From: Amoebidium appalachense | Lineage: Eukaryota; Protista; Ichthyosporea | Length of the DNA: 64,000 nucleotides | Direction of reading: 5' to 3' | Assembly: GCA_963693365.1 (NCBI GenBank) | Contig: CAVNZM010000002.1 | Coordinates: 17,517,615 to 17,581,614 of the forward strand | Shown: in pieces, positions 26,275 through 39,900 of the stretch | How positions within the stretch are numbered: the stretch's first letter is position 1 | How the letters are laid out: each line of letters starts with the position of its first letter | Program-made: the position numbers and the translations under genes | Notes under the pieces: model-generated | Database searches by the model: none | Told to the model about the DNA's origin: nothing | Seen by the model: only the letters and a program-made list of their open reading frames with translations

Positions 26275-27178
26275 CAAACCGTTCACCTGCACACCTATGT
26301 GCACGTGTGTTAACCCTTACTCTAACGCAGGTAATGGGTTGTGTTTCGACTCTTTAATTTGAGTACCAGTAGGTGTGGAACGATACAGTCAACTACACAA
26401 CATGCATCTTGCCCCAGTATACTTCACCATGCTGATGCCTTGGCTTACCTGTTAGAGCCGCTCACAAAACCCGAACTTGGCAAAGTCACAGTAGCAGGTT
26501 CAAGGACCTGCGGTGGGGAAGAGACTATCAGAATTTAGGGGTACGGTGTTATATAAGGCCAAAAAGGAGGCAACACAACGTGGCCTCTCTGTAATACTGA
26601 TGCAGCCTAGATTGCAAGAAGTAGAAACTAATAAAAGAGCAACAAAGGCTCGAGGATATAAAGATGCCTATGCACGGCTGGACGTGGACGCCCAATTTCG
26701 ACCAAGGCAAGCACAGAAGCGCTTACAAGTTTTAGGTTATATCCTTCTTGCCGTGTGACCTCACGAGACAAAAAGCCTAGTAAGTCAGAGGGTTCGTGAA
26801 GATGAGGTTATTAAAAAAAACTCACCTTGCCTGTGGCGCATAGCTCCGTTTTTCCAGACTCAAACTCCTGCCTGCCCAAAAACAGTATGCTTAAAAACAC
26901 CAACTACTATTCTACGCAGTCTTGGGCCACGGCCCACTGCTGTCTATGCAAGTTGTAGATGGAGCCGCAGCAATCTCACCAAACACAAGACAAAAGCAAA
27001 TGCGTGCAAGCGAGTTTAGAGTCGCCTGTTTCTTTACACCAAAACAAACGGCTGTCTTTGACGACCAGCTGCTGTCTAGGAATCTTTGCTACTAAATGCG
27101 CACGAGTGGTGCGACTTGACCGGTACTTGCAAGTCTTTCTCTTGTTTGGTGTGACCGTTACATGTAGGCCGCACATGG

Positions 27179-28253
27179 TGTCGTGTCTACAAACAGAGTG
27201 TATACAAACTACTCTAACTATCTGCACGCTTAAAGGGGCTCGAAACCGTGTATACGTATAAACTTTTCTTTGAGTTGGGTGGGAAGCGAGTGTCATGTGC
27301 TGAGCTGATTCGTATTAGTTTGCTTCTATATTTCGTGTTTTGGTGAGTGAATTTTGGGGGTTTTCTTGCATAGTGATGCCGGGGTCTAAGTGGGGTATGA
27401 GGAGATTAATCAGTGGTATGGGGAGAACCTGATGCGGCGGCGGCTGATTGTTAAAGGTGCGCGCGTGCATGCTCCACGCCTCTGCGTACTCTCCATGTTA
27501 AATGTTGTATTGCTTCTTGCTGTGTGCTTGGCGAGACCCATGTTGCCTGCTCGCGTGTGTGTATGCTTATATGTATTGTGAGTAAACGTGTGTACGTGTT
27601 GTAGTGCTGTAGGGGTGTCTGAGGTGGCGGTAGCCAATGGTGTGGAGTGCGTGTAGTCTGTGGGGGAGGGAGTGTTGTGATTGGCTGAATGTCACTGTGG
27701 TATTTGTCTGGCCAGTGGGCCGCGTGTCTGTGAAGTGTCTCGCGGGGTCGCGGGCTTTTGGAAGTTCTTCTAAGAACACGAAAGACTCGCTTCCCACCCA
27801 ACTCAAAGAAAAGTTTATACTTATACACGGTTTCGAGCCCCTTTCAGCGTGACATTCAGCCAATCACAACACTCCCTCCCCCACAGACTACACGCACTCC
27901 ACACCATTGGCTACCGCCACCTCAGACACCCCTACAGCACTACAACACGTACACACGTTTACTCACAATACATATAAGCATACACACACGCGAGCAGGCA
28001 ACATGGGTCTCGCCAAGCACACAGCAAGAAGCAATACAACATTTAACATGGAGAGTACGCAGAGGCGTGGAGCATGCACGCGCGCACCTTTAACAATCAG
28101 CCGCCGCCGCATCAGGTTCTCCCCATACCACTGATTAATCTCCTCATACCCCACTTAGACCCCGGCATTACTATGCAAAAACACCCCCAAAATTCACTCA
28201 CCAAAACACGAAATATAGAAGCAAACTAATACGAATCAGCTCAGCACATGACA
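27179..28253. mobile_element. Rearranged nested LTR pair of the same family: head (27179-27290), inverted near-complete copy (27291-27850), direct tail (27850-28253)
   Basis: By-eye alignment to 25668-26274; near-identical spurious ORFs occur in the ORF track in both orientations. No TSD (CATGG vs ATGAC). Confidence 0.88.
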
Positions 28254-28268
28254 ATGACACAGTGTCTC

Positions 28269-28309
<41 letters not shown>

Positions 28310-28315
28310 CCACAG

Positions 28316-28922
28316 GAAAACCTCTATTTCTGGGAGGCAGTGGAGGCCTACCGTGTCAAAGCCTTTTCCTGCCACGGTGACTTTGACCGTCTGCGCCGCA
28401 TAGCCCTCCTCCTATACGACACATACTATAGTACATCAGTAGCGGGTCTGTGTACGAGGTCAACCTGCCCGCAGCAATGGTGGCCCTAATCACAAAAACA
28501 CTTCTTGCACCACCCCCCACCAGCACGTTTTTCAGCGAGGAAAATGCCACAAGCAGCCAGCTGTCAGCAATGACTCAACAAGGATTCAACAATGACATCA
28601 ACACCATGGGCGGGTCCTCGGACCAGAAAGCAGGGAGCCTGGTTAATTTGAAGGGGAGCAAGTCTGCATTTGCGGACAGAATGGGTGCCGGGCAGCCCAG
28701 CCAGTGGGTGTGCTTTCATTGGACGACAATCCAGGCCCCGTGCAGCGACGAGTTAGCGACAACTCCCTTGTTGGCCCACCAAATATGATTCGGCTGTTTG
28801 ACGTCGCACAGGGACACATATCTCACCTCATGTATTCGGATAGCTTTATGCGATTCCAGGCAAGAGGGCATTTTGTGCAAAGAACGAGCTCTGGGGGCAG
28901 ATCACAGTCGCTTGGTGTCTAG
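28316..28922 (+). pseudogene. RGS-domain terminal exon with two frameshifts (3' part of the 7TM-RGS gene)
   Basis: After a poly-C/CAG acceptor the sequence reads ENLYFWEAVEAYR...IALLLYDTY / ISSGSVYEVNLP... / LFDVAQGHISHLMYSDSFMRF. These are the hallmark RGS-box motifs, spread over shifted frames. Confidence 0.85.
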
Positions 28923-30087
28923 ATTTGTGCATAACGGTAGTGTACAGGTAGTTAACTCAACCCTTCCCCCTCCCCCCCCCCCCCCCCCCCTCTTTTTTTT
29001 TTTTCCATTTTTTTTTCCTCTTAAATTAAGTCGGTGCCTAGGATAAGGTGTGTTCTTTGGCATGTTAATGATTAGTAACCATATTGTCATAAATCGGTCT
29101 GTTGGCCTCAAAGCTATATATAATGGGATTGATATGCTTAACCCATTCTGTGGACAGTGACTGATTGCCAACAAACCTGACTCAGTGTAGCTAGCAGTTT
29201 GTATTCATCTACGCACCAATATCTGTATTTCGTAGGGCCGGGCGTTTTTCTTAAATCTCTAGAATACAGCTAGTCGAATGTAATTTGTTTGACTGCGATC
29301 GATACTGGGAAGTCTTTATGTAATGTTGAGCTAAAGGTTTGCTGGTATGGACTGCTAGTCACTGTACTTAACATTGTACTTGCATCAGCTACTTGCATCA
29401 TAGCATACTATTGAAATCTGTTGGACGTGACGTGGCACTGCCACAGAACATCAGAACGGTAGGTTGTACACTAGAGATTTTAGGTGCTTCAGTAACATCC
29501 GGGCCATTATTTATCCACACAGATATGGACCAGGTTCTATGTGCATTTGCACATATGATATATTATGTACTACGTTTAACGCATTAAATTTTGCACATAT
29601 CATCGGAGTATACTGTTAAGCATCTATGTGCATATGCACCGTGATACAACATACATAAGCAGTAAAAAACAAACCCAATAAAATTGCCATCTACCAAACA
29701 GTACGTAAATACTATGCTTGTTTCCCACGGCCCCTTCCCCCACGGGCCCCCAGCCCTACACAAACACACCGGACACGTGCGCACGCACAAATGTATTACA
29801 CACACACAAACATGCATGAGAGTTCGCGCACGTGTGTGCAGGTGCACATATATATGCACATACACTCTGGACCCGGCCTCGATTCTCGGGTGCTCAGGGT
29901 AAGTTAGGAAACACATGTACATGTGCCTGCACCGCATTCACGGGCAACACCATGCACATGTGAACTTGATTCAGCTGTACCGTAGTAGTAGAAGGGTCGA
30001 GCATGAAGTTCTTTAATCTATATCAAAACACCCGGCCTTGTATGTAGGCCCGACAACACTATGGCTATCGATGAATTGCAGGGCACC

Positions 30088-30336
30088 TGTGTGCATATTT
30101 TGGCCATATATAGTAAGCGACACTGCGCACACAGCTGTATGCATATTTTGACCATATATAGTAAGCAACACTGCACACGTTACGGTAGCTGTATGCACGC
30201 TTTGATCATATATGATTAGCAACACTACGCATGCACCCGCGGCCAGATGCAATTTTTGACCATATAGTTAGCGTCAACACTGATAATGCACCCGAATGCA
30301 TTCTTTGACCATATTTGCTTAGCAACACTGCACATG
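30088..30336. repeat. Degenerate tandem array, 5 units of ~48-56 bp, core TGCATATTTTGACCATATATAGTAAGCAACACTGCAC
   Basis: Cores start at about 30092, 30140, 30194, 30248 and 30297. Confidence 0.8.
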
Positions 30337-30766
30337 GGCCAGATTGCTAAATCATTCCTAGGTTGCATCGACGCAATGGACCCGAATCCCTTTCAATCCA
30401 TAAAGAACACCACTTTATGTGCGTCAGATATTATCATAGATAAGCCGAACAAACTTTGAGCTCAAAGCGAGAAGAATACGGATGGTTATTTTTGATACCC
30501 GCATTCTCAGAACAATATTCCTCCTTCTTTTTTTGTTTAAAAAAATACTTTTTTGCGCGCGCCAAAACTTCCTGCCCAAATTTCCTACTATTTTGGTTGT
30601 TTCACGAAAACCTTTTCTTTTCTTTTTTTTTGCGTGTCAAAACTTCTCGCCCTCTGTGACACTACGCTGATTTTTTCAGTTGAAACAAAAATGGTTTTGT
30701 GGTGGCGCCAGTCGGTGTTCGCACCTATTATTGTCAGCTGTCCGATGTACAGCTGCCACCCGGGGG

Positions 30767-30861
<95 letters not shown>

Positions 30862-30903
30862 GGGGGGGGGAGGGGGGGAGGGGGGGGGGGGGGGGGGGGG
30901 GGG

Positions 30904-30957
<54 letters not shown>

Positions 30958-31609
30958 TACAAATGTTAGTAACGATTCAGCGAACCAGAGGAGTTGTACT
31001 TGTAGCTAGAGCCTCCCCCGCGGAGGGGAGGGAGGGGGGGGAGGGAAGGGGCTAGGGAGGCTGTAGCTACAAATTGAGCTTTAATTAATGGGTTGATTGC
31101 AACTTAGCAAGGCAGCACAACATGTTGGAAATAAATATATCGGCTCCTATCGTGGGGTGACCATAAAGGTTTTACTTAGTTGAAGGGTGACTTCGGCGTT
31201 TTGTATGTAGTTTGGCAAAATGTGCACATGTCATTTTCAAAAGTGCAGAGGGTATTTGCTTCCTATGTGCACGTGTCATGTGCAGGGTTGTAAATGTATA
31301 TGCTCTAATTAGCCTCTGATTTCTACGATATTGGCGACATTTGCACGTATCTATCGATTTGGGTTTGGGCTATTTTTAGTACTCAGTTTAGAGCATCGAA
31401 TCTGATCCGCACCGTGAACACATCCCTATGGTCATTTGAGTTGCACGCCAGTGTGATTGTTCGGCTTGCGCACACTTCAAGCTTTGTCAGTGAAACCCTC
31501 CGCCCCCCTCCCCCCCAATTGCAACACACCCGGCACATGCGGCTGTGCACACGTGTGGCGTATATGTGCAGAGTCAGCGTGAGAGAGGGTTCAAAGGGAG
31601 GGAGAGAGA

Positions 31610-31642
<33 letters not shown>

Positions 31643-33055
31643 TCATGTTTTATTATTCTTATAATTACTGCGGCCCTCGAGCTCGTGCAAGAGCCAAGCA
31701 AGAAATAGCTCGGTGTGCACATGCGCATGTGCAGAATCCCAATACCATGAACTCCCCCCCCCCCCCCCCCCCCCCCCCCCTCCCTGCCTTTCGAATTCCC
31801 CTCCTAACGGCCTTCCCCTCCCCCCTCCCCCCTCCCCTCCCCTTCCCCCCTTTAATTCCTAACGTTCCGCCCCAGCGCCCCCCCAATTCCCCCCTCCCCC
31901 TTCTCCGTCTTCAGACTCAAGGCCTTACTCTCCACAACGCGTGCGCACACACTTTCACACGTCACCACACCGCACCAACACATGTACATCGATATCAGCA
32001 GTGTACCACACGGGCACACGAGGTGCCCAAAGGCTGTTAACACCACACCTGCACATATATTTTCAAACTTAAGATCAAGAAACAATTATGTGCACAATCC
32101 GCAGAGACATCTTGACACTGAGAAGCGACCTTAGAGCACCAACGTCGGCGGACCACTCAGTGCTAATTAGATTGGTGCTCAACAGTCTGGCAAGAGAAAC
32201 GTAAATAGGCACTCACACACGCACTCCGGCTCGCATTCATGCATTCACCGTACACAAACGCATTGCTCATGCTCGCTCAAGCACTGCTCACCGAGTGCGG
32301 CACGAATAACGTTCACTTGAAGGCGCACTGTGACACACAACGTCATGACAATCGACCCCTGCCTCCCCCTCTCCCCCCCCCCCCCCCCCCCCAGCCTCCT
32401 GTCCCACCGAGGCCCTCTCTCGTTCTTCCCCCCTTGAATTTCCAGTCCCTCCCTCTCTTCTGTCTGTGTAGCGCATTCACGTGCGGGCCACACAACTTGT
32501 CGGTAACATCACCGTGACACTGTCACACTGTCATGCAAACACAGGCACAGAATTGACCGTCGGCATGACATGCAAGCCTTCATGCATTCATCCGATGTGA
32601 CACTGTTGTCGTCATGACGAAGAATACCGTGACACACACACCGTGACACCACCGAACACTAAGTAATTTATTTATTCAATTTTTATTTTTTTAACTAAAA
32701 GATCCGGTTAGACATGAATTCGTCTGGCCTGATATCAAACGTTGGCGATCGATTGCCAACATCAATATATTAGTAAACAGTTGCGGCGTCCTCGAGGTCA
32801 GTGTGACAGTAAGTGTATGACTCGTATGATGTCTTGTACAGAGAATGTTACTGCGTGTGAGCGTGTGTGTGTGTGCAGTGTGACACGCCACGTGTGTGTG
32901 TCACTAACGTTAAGATAGAGTCTTTGTGTGTCACCAGTGTGTGTGTGTGTACATGTGTGTGTGTGTGACACGTGTGTGTCACCTGACACTGTGTGCATGC
33001 CACAGTGTGTGTGATGTGACAGCGTGCGTGTGCACTGTGCCTGTGTGAGTGTGTG

Positions 33056-33091
<36 letters not shown>

Positions 33092-33468
33092 TGACTGTGT
33101 GTGTGTGTGTGTGTGTGTGCGTGTGTGTGTGCGTGTGTGTGCCACGGTGTACTAGTACGTGTGTGTGCACGTGCACGTGTCACGTGTGTGATGATCATCG
33201 GCCGTTAAACCCTTCAAGTTAGCCGTCCTCAGTGGCCATGGAAAGTTTTGTGTGATGATCAATAACATCGATATCGGCCGTCAAACTCCCCTTAGCCGTC
33301 CTCAGTTGAAAATTTTGCATGGAAAAACTTCAAGTTTGCTACGTGTTAGACCACTATTAGTCGTTTAACCGGAGCCACGTGAATCCCCTCGCCTACGCAA
33401 ACACTCTAACACGTACTGACGTGTTGCCGCACGTGCGACGTTTAACATCTACTCAGGCTCCCTTTTAA

Positions 33469-33504
<36 letters not shown>

Positions 33505-35946
33505 AAGGAGACACCGCCTCTGTTGGTGGTAGGCCTACACTTGGAGTCTCCCGTAACTTTGCATAGTACCGCACACTCATAATCTGAGTCTACCCGGCTC
33601 AGTTGAATTGACAGACTCACTGTTACGGCTACAAGCTGGTGAATCTCAGGTTCAAGCGGCCCCCTCATGAGCTGAAGCTCTTGGAAGTAGCAGCTGAGTT
33701 GTACAGTAGCCTGTCGTACACTCGGAGTCATGGTAGCCGCGTAGGCTATCTTACTATACTAGTAGGCTCATGATTCTTGGCATGGTTTCGTCACCGATGT
33801 TCGGGCCTGAATCTGCGGCGGTAAGTTATCAACATTCATGATCGATATCAGGCGTGCCGTGATCACGGGCAGTCGGCAAGCCTCGTCTCTTTCGCCCGTG
33901 AGCGCCACAATGGAATGCTATAGTGCATTCCACGTCCTTTCTAAAAAATACGTATTACATCACTTAATTGTGCTCTTCATACTGCAAGCGCGTAAACCAT
34001 GAGCTGAAAACCACCAATATATGAAGTATTCTTTATACTTATGCATTCATAGCAATTTTTTCCATTGCAAATACGCACGTGCCGTGAGCTAATGAGTCAC
34101 CAGAAGTATGACCATGATGATCTGGATCTACGATCTGATTGGTAGCATTTATCATCATTCTGATGTGGCCACGTCCCCCCAGCGCAGCCAGATTTTTCTG
34201 TTTTCTTCTATTCAACGGTAGGCCAAGCACTACACGTCAGACATCTATAGTTTGACAGGTTTATTTGTGATTAAGCTCGAAAATATGGACAGAAACAATC
34301 ATTATTCCTAAAGTTATATGTTTTGATACTACTTAGTAGGCCAAACACACGTTCAAGCGACCGCCCGAGCGAAAGGATTGGAATGTCTCGGCGGGGAACC
34401 CCCACATTGCAATCTGATATGCGGCAATCATAAGCATGTTACCTGTGCACAGATGCTTTCTCAGTATTCGAGCTTAGTATTGTGCGTTGATTCAAAACAA
34501 TCTCAAAGGTTTTTATCTTAATTGCTCGCAGGTGTTGTTTCTTAAAGACTTTATTAAAGCAAGCATATTCACATGATTTGGTTTTGAAATTTCATGGCTT
34601 CTGCGGCAATAAAAAGTATGTGAAACCCCCCGTAATTTTTTATCTATTACAGAGATCTTGACAAAAGTTCGATTACTGAAATAAAAAAAACAAAAAAAAA
34701 CAACAACCATTATAGCCAACACCAGATACCAGAAGTACACATACAGAGATATTACGGTGGCAACAATATTATATAACTCATTAGCAAAGCTGTATCGAAA
34801 TCACCTACAAATAAACAGCTCACGGAGGCATCACGGCACCACCCGCGCACACGGTGAAGCCCCCAATGGCGGCCACCACCTACAAGCACCACGCTCTAGG
34901 GGGACGCACTGTGTGCAGTGCACCCACCGGCGTACACCAAACACCAAAGTGTGAACCTCGTACAAAAACGGGTACAAACAACCAAAGCACCACTGTCGGC
35001 AAGCAGAAAAGTTATTTGTTTGTAGCTAGAGCAAGAGAAGATGTGCTTCAGAAACACCATAATATTCAAAGAATACCGAAGACGTTTGACACATGGTATA
35101 CGAGTACAGCTGGAATTATATGCATTTATATGGGGTGGTAATTCAACACCCAGCTGCCACAAAAGTATTATTTACGGCACCTTAAAGGGTAATTCTCACA
35201 GTGTATGGTCTGTTGGTAAACATCACTGAGATCTCTAGATTTCACAGAGAATTAACAGCCACTGTAGTAATTCAAGAGTCAAACTTAAAATCTCTTGGTC
35301 ATCTCCCACGTTAACAGTCATTACTAGTAGTGTCGACAAGGCTTCGTGAAGCTCAATAACACAAGCCTCGCAATCCTATCCTCACCATCACTTGGACTCA
35401 GACGTGAACTGTTACTTTAGTGGCACTGAAACAGTTTATTGACTGTCTGCCAATAGTCTCTATGATAGCCGTCAACAGTTAATAGTACATGGCATACTAC
35501 TGAGACGATTGTCGAACTCACTCAGAAATTTCATTCGATTTTTTACTGGCTCATCTGCCGCGCGAGTCCAATTATTCCCTTCGTTAACGTTGTCACACAA
35601 GTTGCCCGGACAAAACTTAGCCATGGACGATACCGCAAAGCAAAGGTGGGTTTTTTACTGAATCCCCTTATTCTTGCTGTATTCCTTTATTTTCTAGTGC
35701 CACCAGAAGCAGGAAACAATATTCCAGAAGCAGAATCACATGCTTATGCTTGCGTCCCCCCCCCCCCCCCCCCCCCCCCCCCCACCCCACCCCCCCACCC
35801 TTCTCCTCTCAGGGTCCACTCTCCTCTCAAATGGATCCCAACTCCGGATCAGTGATCCCCTCCCACAGATCCTCACAAGGGCAGACTTGAGCATTGAACA
35901 TCAGATTCCCGATGACTGAGGCTTAGACTAACGGTAGACACGGCAG

Positions 35947-36958
35947 GTTGGCCAGGCTCCATGGAGTCCGCACAGACCCAGGAAACTATGGTGCCCCACC
36001 TGGTCCATCCCCGAAACCACGCAAGGGCCTATTCCGCACCATATCCGACAGCATGCATTTTTTCTCTAAGAAGGCCAAGAGTACAGAACCCACCCCGTCA
36101 CGAACACTCAACGACGACTCCCGCGGTAGTTTGAAACCGAAAAAGCAGGCCAAGTCCTCGGTTGCAAATTGGAGAATGACTCTTGCAGACACGCGCGTAC
36201 AGACCGATATCGAGACCAAGAACAGGCAGCAGAGAGAAGAACAGACGCAGAAAATCATGTTGTTGTTGCAGCAGAAGGAGGAGGAGTCCGGTGAGAGTGA
36301 CTCGGAGGTCGAGGACCTAGAGAACATCTTGAGGCGGGCAGATAGCCTCATGTTAAGGCCGCAGGCAGACCTGCAAGGGTCGGTGTGCAGCCTGGTATCC
36401 AGAGACACAGCCACACCCTCCAGCACCAGTTCACTACACAGTGACACGCCAGCAGAGAGTGCAAGTCAGCCCAAGACACCAGAGGGCCAGCCACCCAGCC
36501 CGTCCGTGGCGGCAGGCAAGCCAGACTCCAACGAGCAACTAGTGGCGGTACTTGCACACCTGGACGGCAGCATCAACAATCTGGCCGACCAGACCAGACC
36601 GCGCAACACTAGGTTTCGCACCATAGCGTCTATGCCCATACTGCTCAAGCGTATGAAAGACACGTCGAATGAAAAAGACCTCAAGAGTGAGCCCACCGCG
36701 CTAGAGCAACTGGATCCCATCCGGTATTTCCAGTCTTTGCCCCCAGCCAGTGAATGCAGCAACAGAGTACCACATAATGTGGGCACGGATGTAGGGGGGG
36801 AGAGCAACTCGTCAGAGTGGGAGTCGGAGGGGGAGGTTATGGTAGATGGGTGCCACTTGGGTAGACGGGCCACAGTCGCTGGGCCGGCAGTTCGACGTGT
36901 GACCCGACCCGCCTTGTTGGCCCGAAAAAGTAGCCAGGCAGTGACAAGAGCAGACTGA
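35947..36958 (+). CDS. Hypothetical Ser/Pro/charged-rich, largely disordered protein; probable terminal exon (possible first exon 35623-35645)
   Basis: 336-codon non-repetitive ORF preceded by a GACTAAC branch point (35926) and CAG acceptor; short coiled-coil-like segment; no recognisable domain. Confidence 0.6.
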
Positions 36959-39900
36959 AATGGGATGCGACTAATAGTAGAGGTCATATGAAAGGGTGAT
37001 CAATGACATTTTGTTTTTGCAATCTGACATGGCGTTAGCAAGGCCTTGGCAGTGCTTTAGCAGGTCCTGGGCTGTTTTGTTTGGTGCTGTCACGCTGTTT
37101 TATCACGTTTAATGTTCTGAATCTTAGAAATGAGTGCGCTTCAGTGGTACATTTTGTCCATTCTCTGTTTGAAGTAGATGTAAATAGGAAATACTTCACC
37201 ATACTGTGTACATAGGTGACAGTCGAATAGCACATATACTTTATCGTACATAGCTCGGCTGCAAAGCGTGTTTGCGGAGGGCACACTAGTTCCGTCAGCG
37301 GCTCTGCCAGTGACAGCGGCCCTGAAATCTTTTACGGATGGCATAGGTACCTGCTAATAGTATACCCCAGGGAGTGCGTGACCACCCTAACAATACAAGT
37401 AGAACAGCGAGTGCCTGGTTCCCTCCACGTCGAAGCATTTAACATTAACTACCACAACTGCATTGCATGCGCCCTAGAATGTAGTGAAGGACCGTTGGTT
37501 CCTGCAACGTGTGTGCGTGTGTCTGATTTAAATTTGTGTGTGTGTGTGTGTGTGTGTGCATATCAAGTTGTGTGTGAATGTGTGTATGTGTGAGTGCACA
37601 CCACAATGTGTACGTCACAGTGTGTGTGCCTGTATTAGTTTATTCGTTGAGGGAGGGAGGGGTCTTCTAGGGGTGAGTGGTGCTGTAGACAGGTTTGGGT
37701 GGGCGAAAGGGGAGGGTTGGGGGGAGGGGGGGGGGGGGGGGGGGAGGGGAGGGGGGGGAGGGGAGGGGGAGGGTCCGAGGGGGGGGGGGGGGGGGGGGGG
37801 GGGTATATCAGAATAATTTAAGCGTACGGAGTATGAATTACTAAATCACAACGGCCAAATTTAGTGCAGCAAATCTGATAAGTGAGAGCGCTCCGTCACA
37901 ATTAGTCATACAATTGCAACACCCGAGTATACGTATGCACCACACTGCACTATGTGGCTACTGACTTGTGGCACTGCGCCACCGCTCACCAGCTGTAGCA
38001 GGGAAGCCCCAAGTTAAGTCATCCTGCCTGTATGAACCGAGCTTCGACCCGTTCACCTGCTATGGCATGTGAAGCCAGGTTCACAGATGCTGCAGTTGGT
38101 GGGTGTGGGGGAGGGAGGGGGAGGGGGGATGGCTACAGGTTCAGCTACACCACACGGCAAGTAGAGCATACCGTAGGCTATCAATGGGGGCTATATTCCA
38201 ATCCCTCTTGAAGCACCCGACGCGGTTTAGAGTCTTCCCTTGCAAATAAGGTTGACGCCATTTGCACTTGGAAAAGTTAGCCTGAAAGCTCGGACTCCGG
38301 GTGCAAAAAACAGGATCCCCGGAGCTAGTAATCTGCTACAGGCGCCTGTGCAGTTTATTGTTTATCAGCATTTGTTTACTCCGGTTGGGCACAGCAGCGT
38401 GGCCAGCACGCGCTCACAACAGAAGGTAGAGTGCGGTCTGTTACATACTAAGAGTGCTGTGCACGCTGCACTAGATGGTGGCTATACATACTCATACGTG
38501 CAGGATGAAGAGTGGCAAGTGGACAAGCACAGCTATACGTGCAGGATGCCAAAGTTTTTTATCGGCCAGTTGCCGAAGCCAAGATGCACGCTGCCTGGTC
38601 TTCTCTTTTAGTTACCTTTCTACTATCAGACTTTAGGGGTTTCGGCAAGGCTTGCTTAAGCCTCGAAAAGTTTATACATTCCGGCGACGACTGTAGTTTT
38701 GTCGTTTGTCGAGTCTGTCAGTAAGAGTCAGTCTTGTCGCCAAGGTTCAGGTCACGAAAACGAACGTTAAAAGCACCTACGGGCATCAATTGAATTTTCT
38801 GTCGCAGATTCTAAAATTTCGGTCTTACATTTTGATTCTGCAGGGAAGCATCGAAGTAGTAGTGGCGTCTGTTACAGCGTGTAAGATCAAGAGCGAGAGC
38901 GACACCAAGTTCACCACGAAGTTCACCAGCGAGGTTTACTTCCTTGGGGGCGAAGGGAGGGAATAGGACTCGTCCTCATTCTGGTGTGCGCTGTGCTCAT
39001 TAATGACGTGCCTGTTGAGGTCGCGCACGCTGGGGAAATCCCGAAGGCAGAGGGCACATGTCTTGGCCATGGTGTTGGTTTATCAGAGTGGAAATTTACA
39101 GGAGAAACTGTTGTGTTGTGACCGAGAAAAACATGACGAAATGACATCAAGGCAAAGGAATCGGCTTTTATAGGCCGTGGCCAGAGAGATCCAGTCGACA
39201 AAACAAGGGCGTGATTTACAACGAATATTAAATGTAGGCAATTGTGCATATAGATGATATATTTCAGTGGCCCCGGATTCAACGGGAAATCTATCTATTT
39301 ACTAGAGAAGACGCAATCAATAGAAAATATTTGTTTTTTCTCAAAAAAATAACGGATACAACTACTATGTTTGACAGTAATTTTGTGCCAATAAATCTAT
39401 GTTAGCTTTGTGTAGTGATTTTCATTTCAGCCAATCAACCGGATGATAAGATGAGCAAGTTGGTGCCCTATTTTCGCCATCTCCTTTCGTGCATAGCCAA
39501 TCAGATGCCCTCGCCCAGTTTAAATGTCACCGATTTGGTTTTGTCACTCGGCCTGAGTCAGTGCTCGCCGGTCAAGTCAAGTTTCACCAAATCTGTTTTG
39601 CTCGGCTAATATCCGGCTTATTTCCCAGCGTATCTTAATATTTTGGTATAAAATCCAGACCACAAGCAATATAATATCTTATTAGATTACATATGTGCAG
39701 TTGGATCTGTCACATATGAATTTGTGCACAAATTCAAGATTACAAATTAGGTGATAAAGACGATATTCGTCCAATCGTAAGGGAGCGAATCCGACTCCCA
39801 AGTCAGAAAGACGCCAGGTACGTGACGTCATGACGAGGTGATTTTTTGCATGCCACACACTGTGTGCCCACCATTGGGCCTAAAGTACTAGCAAATATTC

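Noticed and set aside
30088-30336. CRISPR-like repeat-spacer appearance, also considered for 54537-54785
   Set aside because: Eukaryotic context, degenerate repeats, linkers short and related or absent, and no cas genes.
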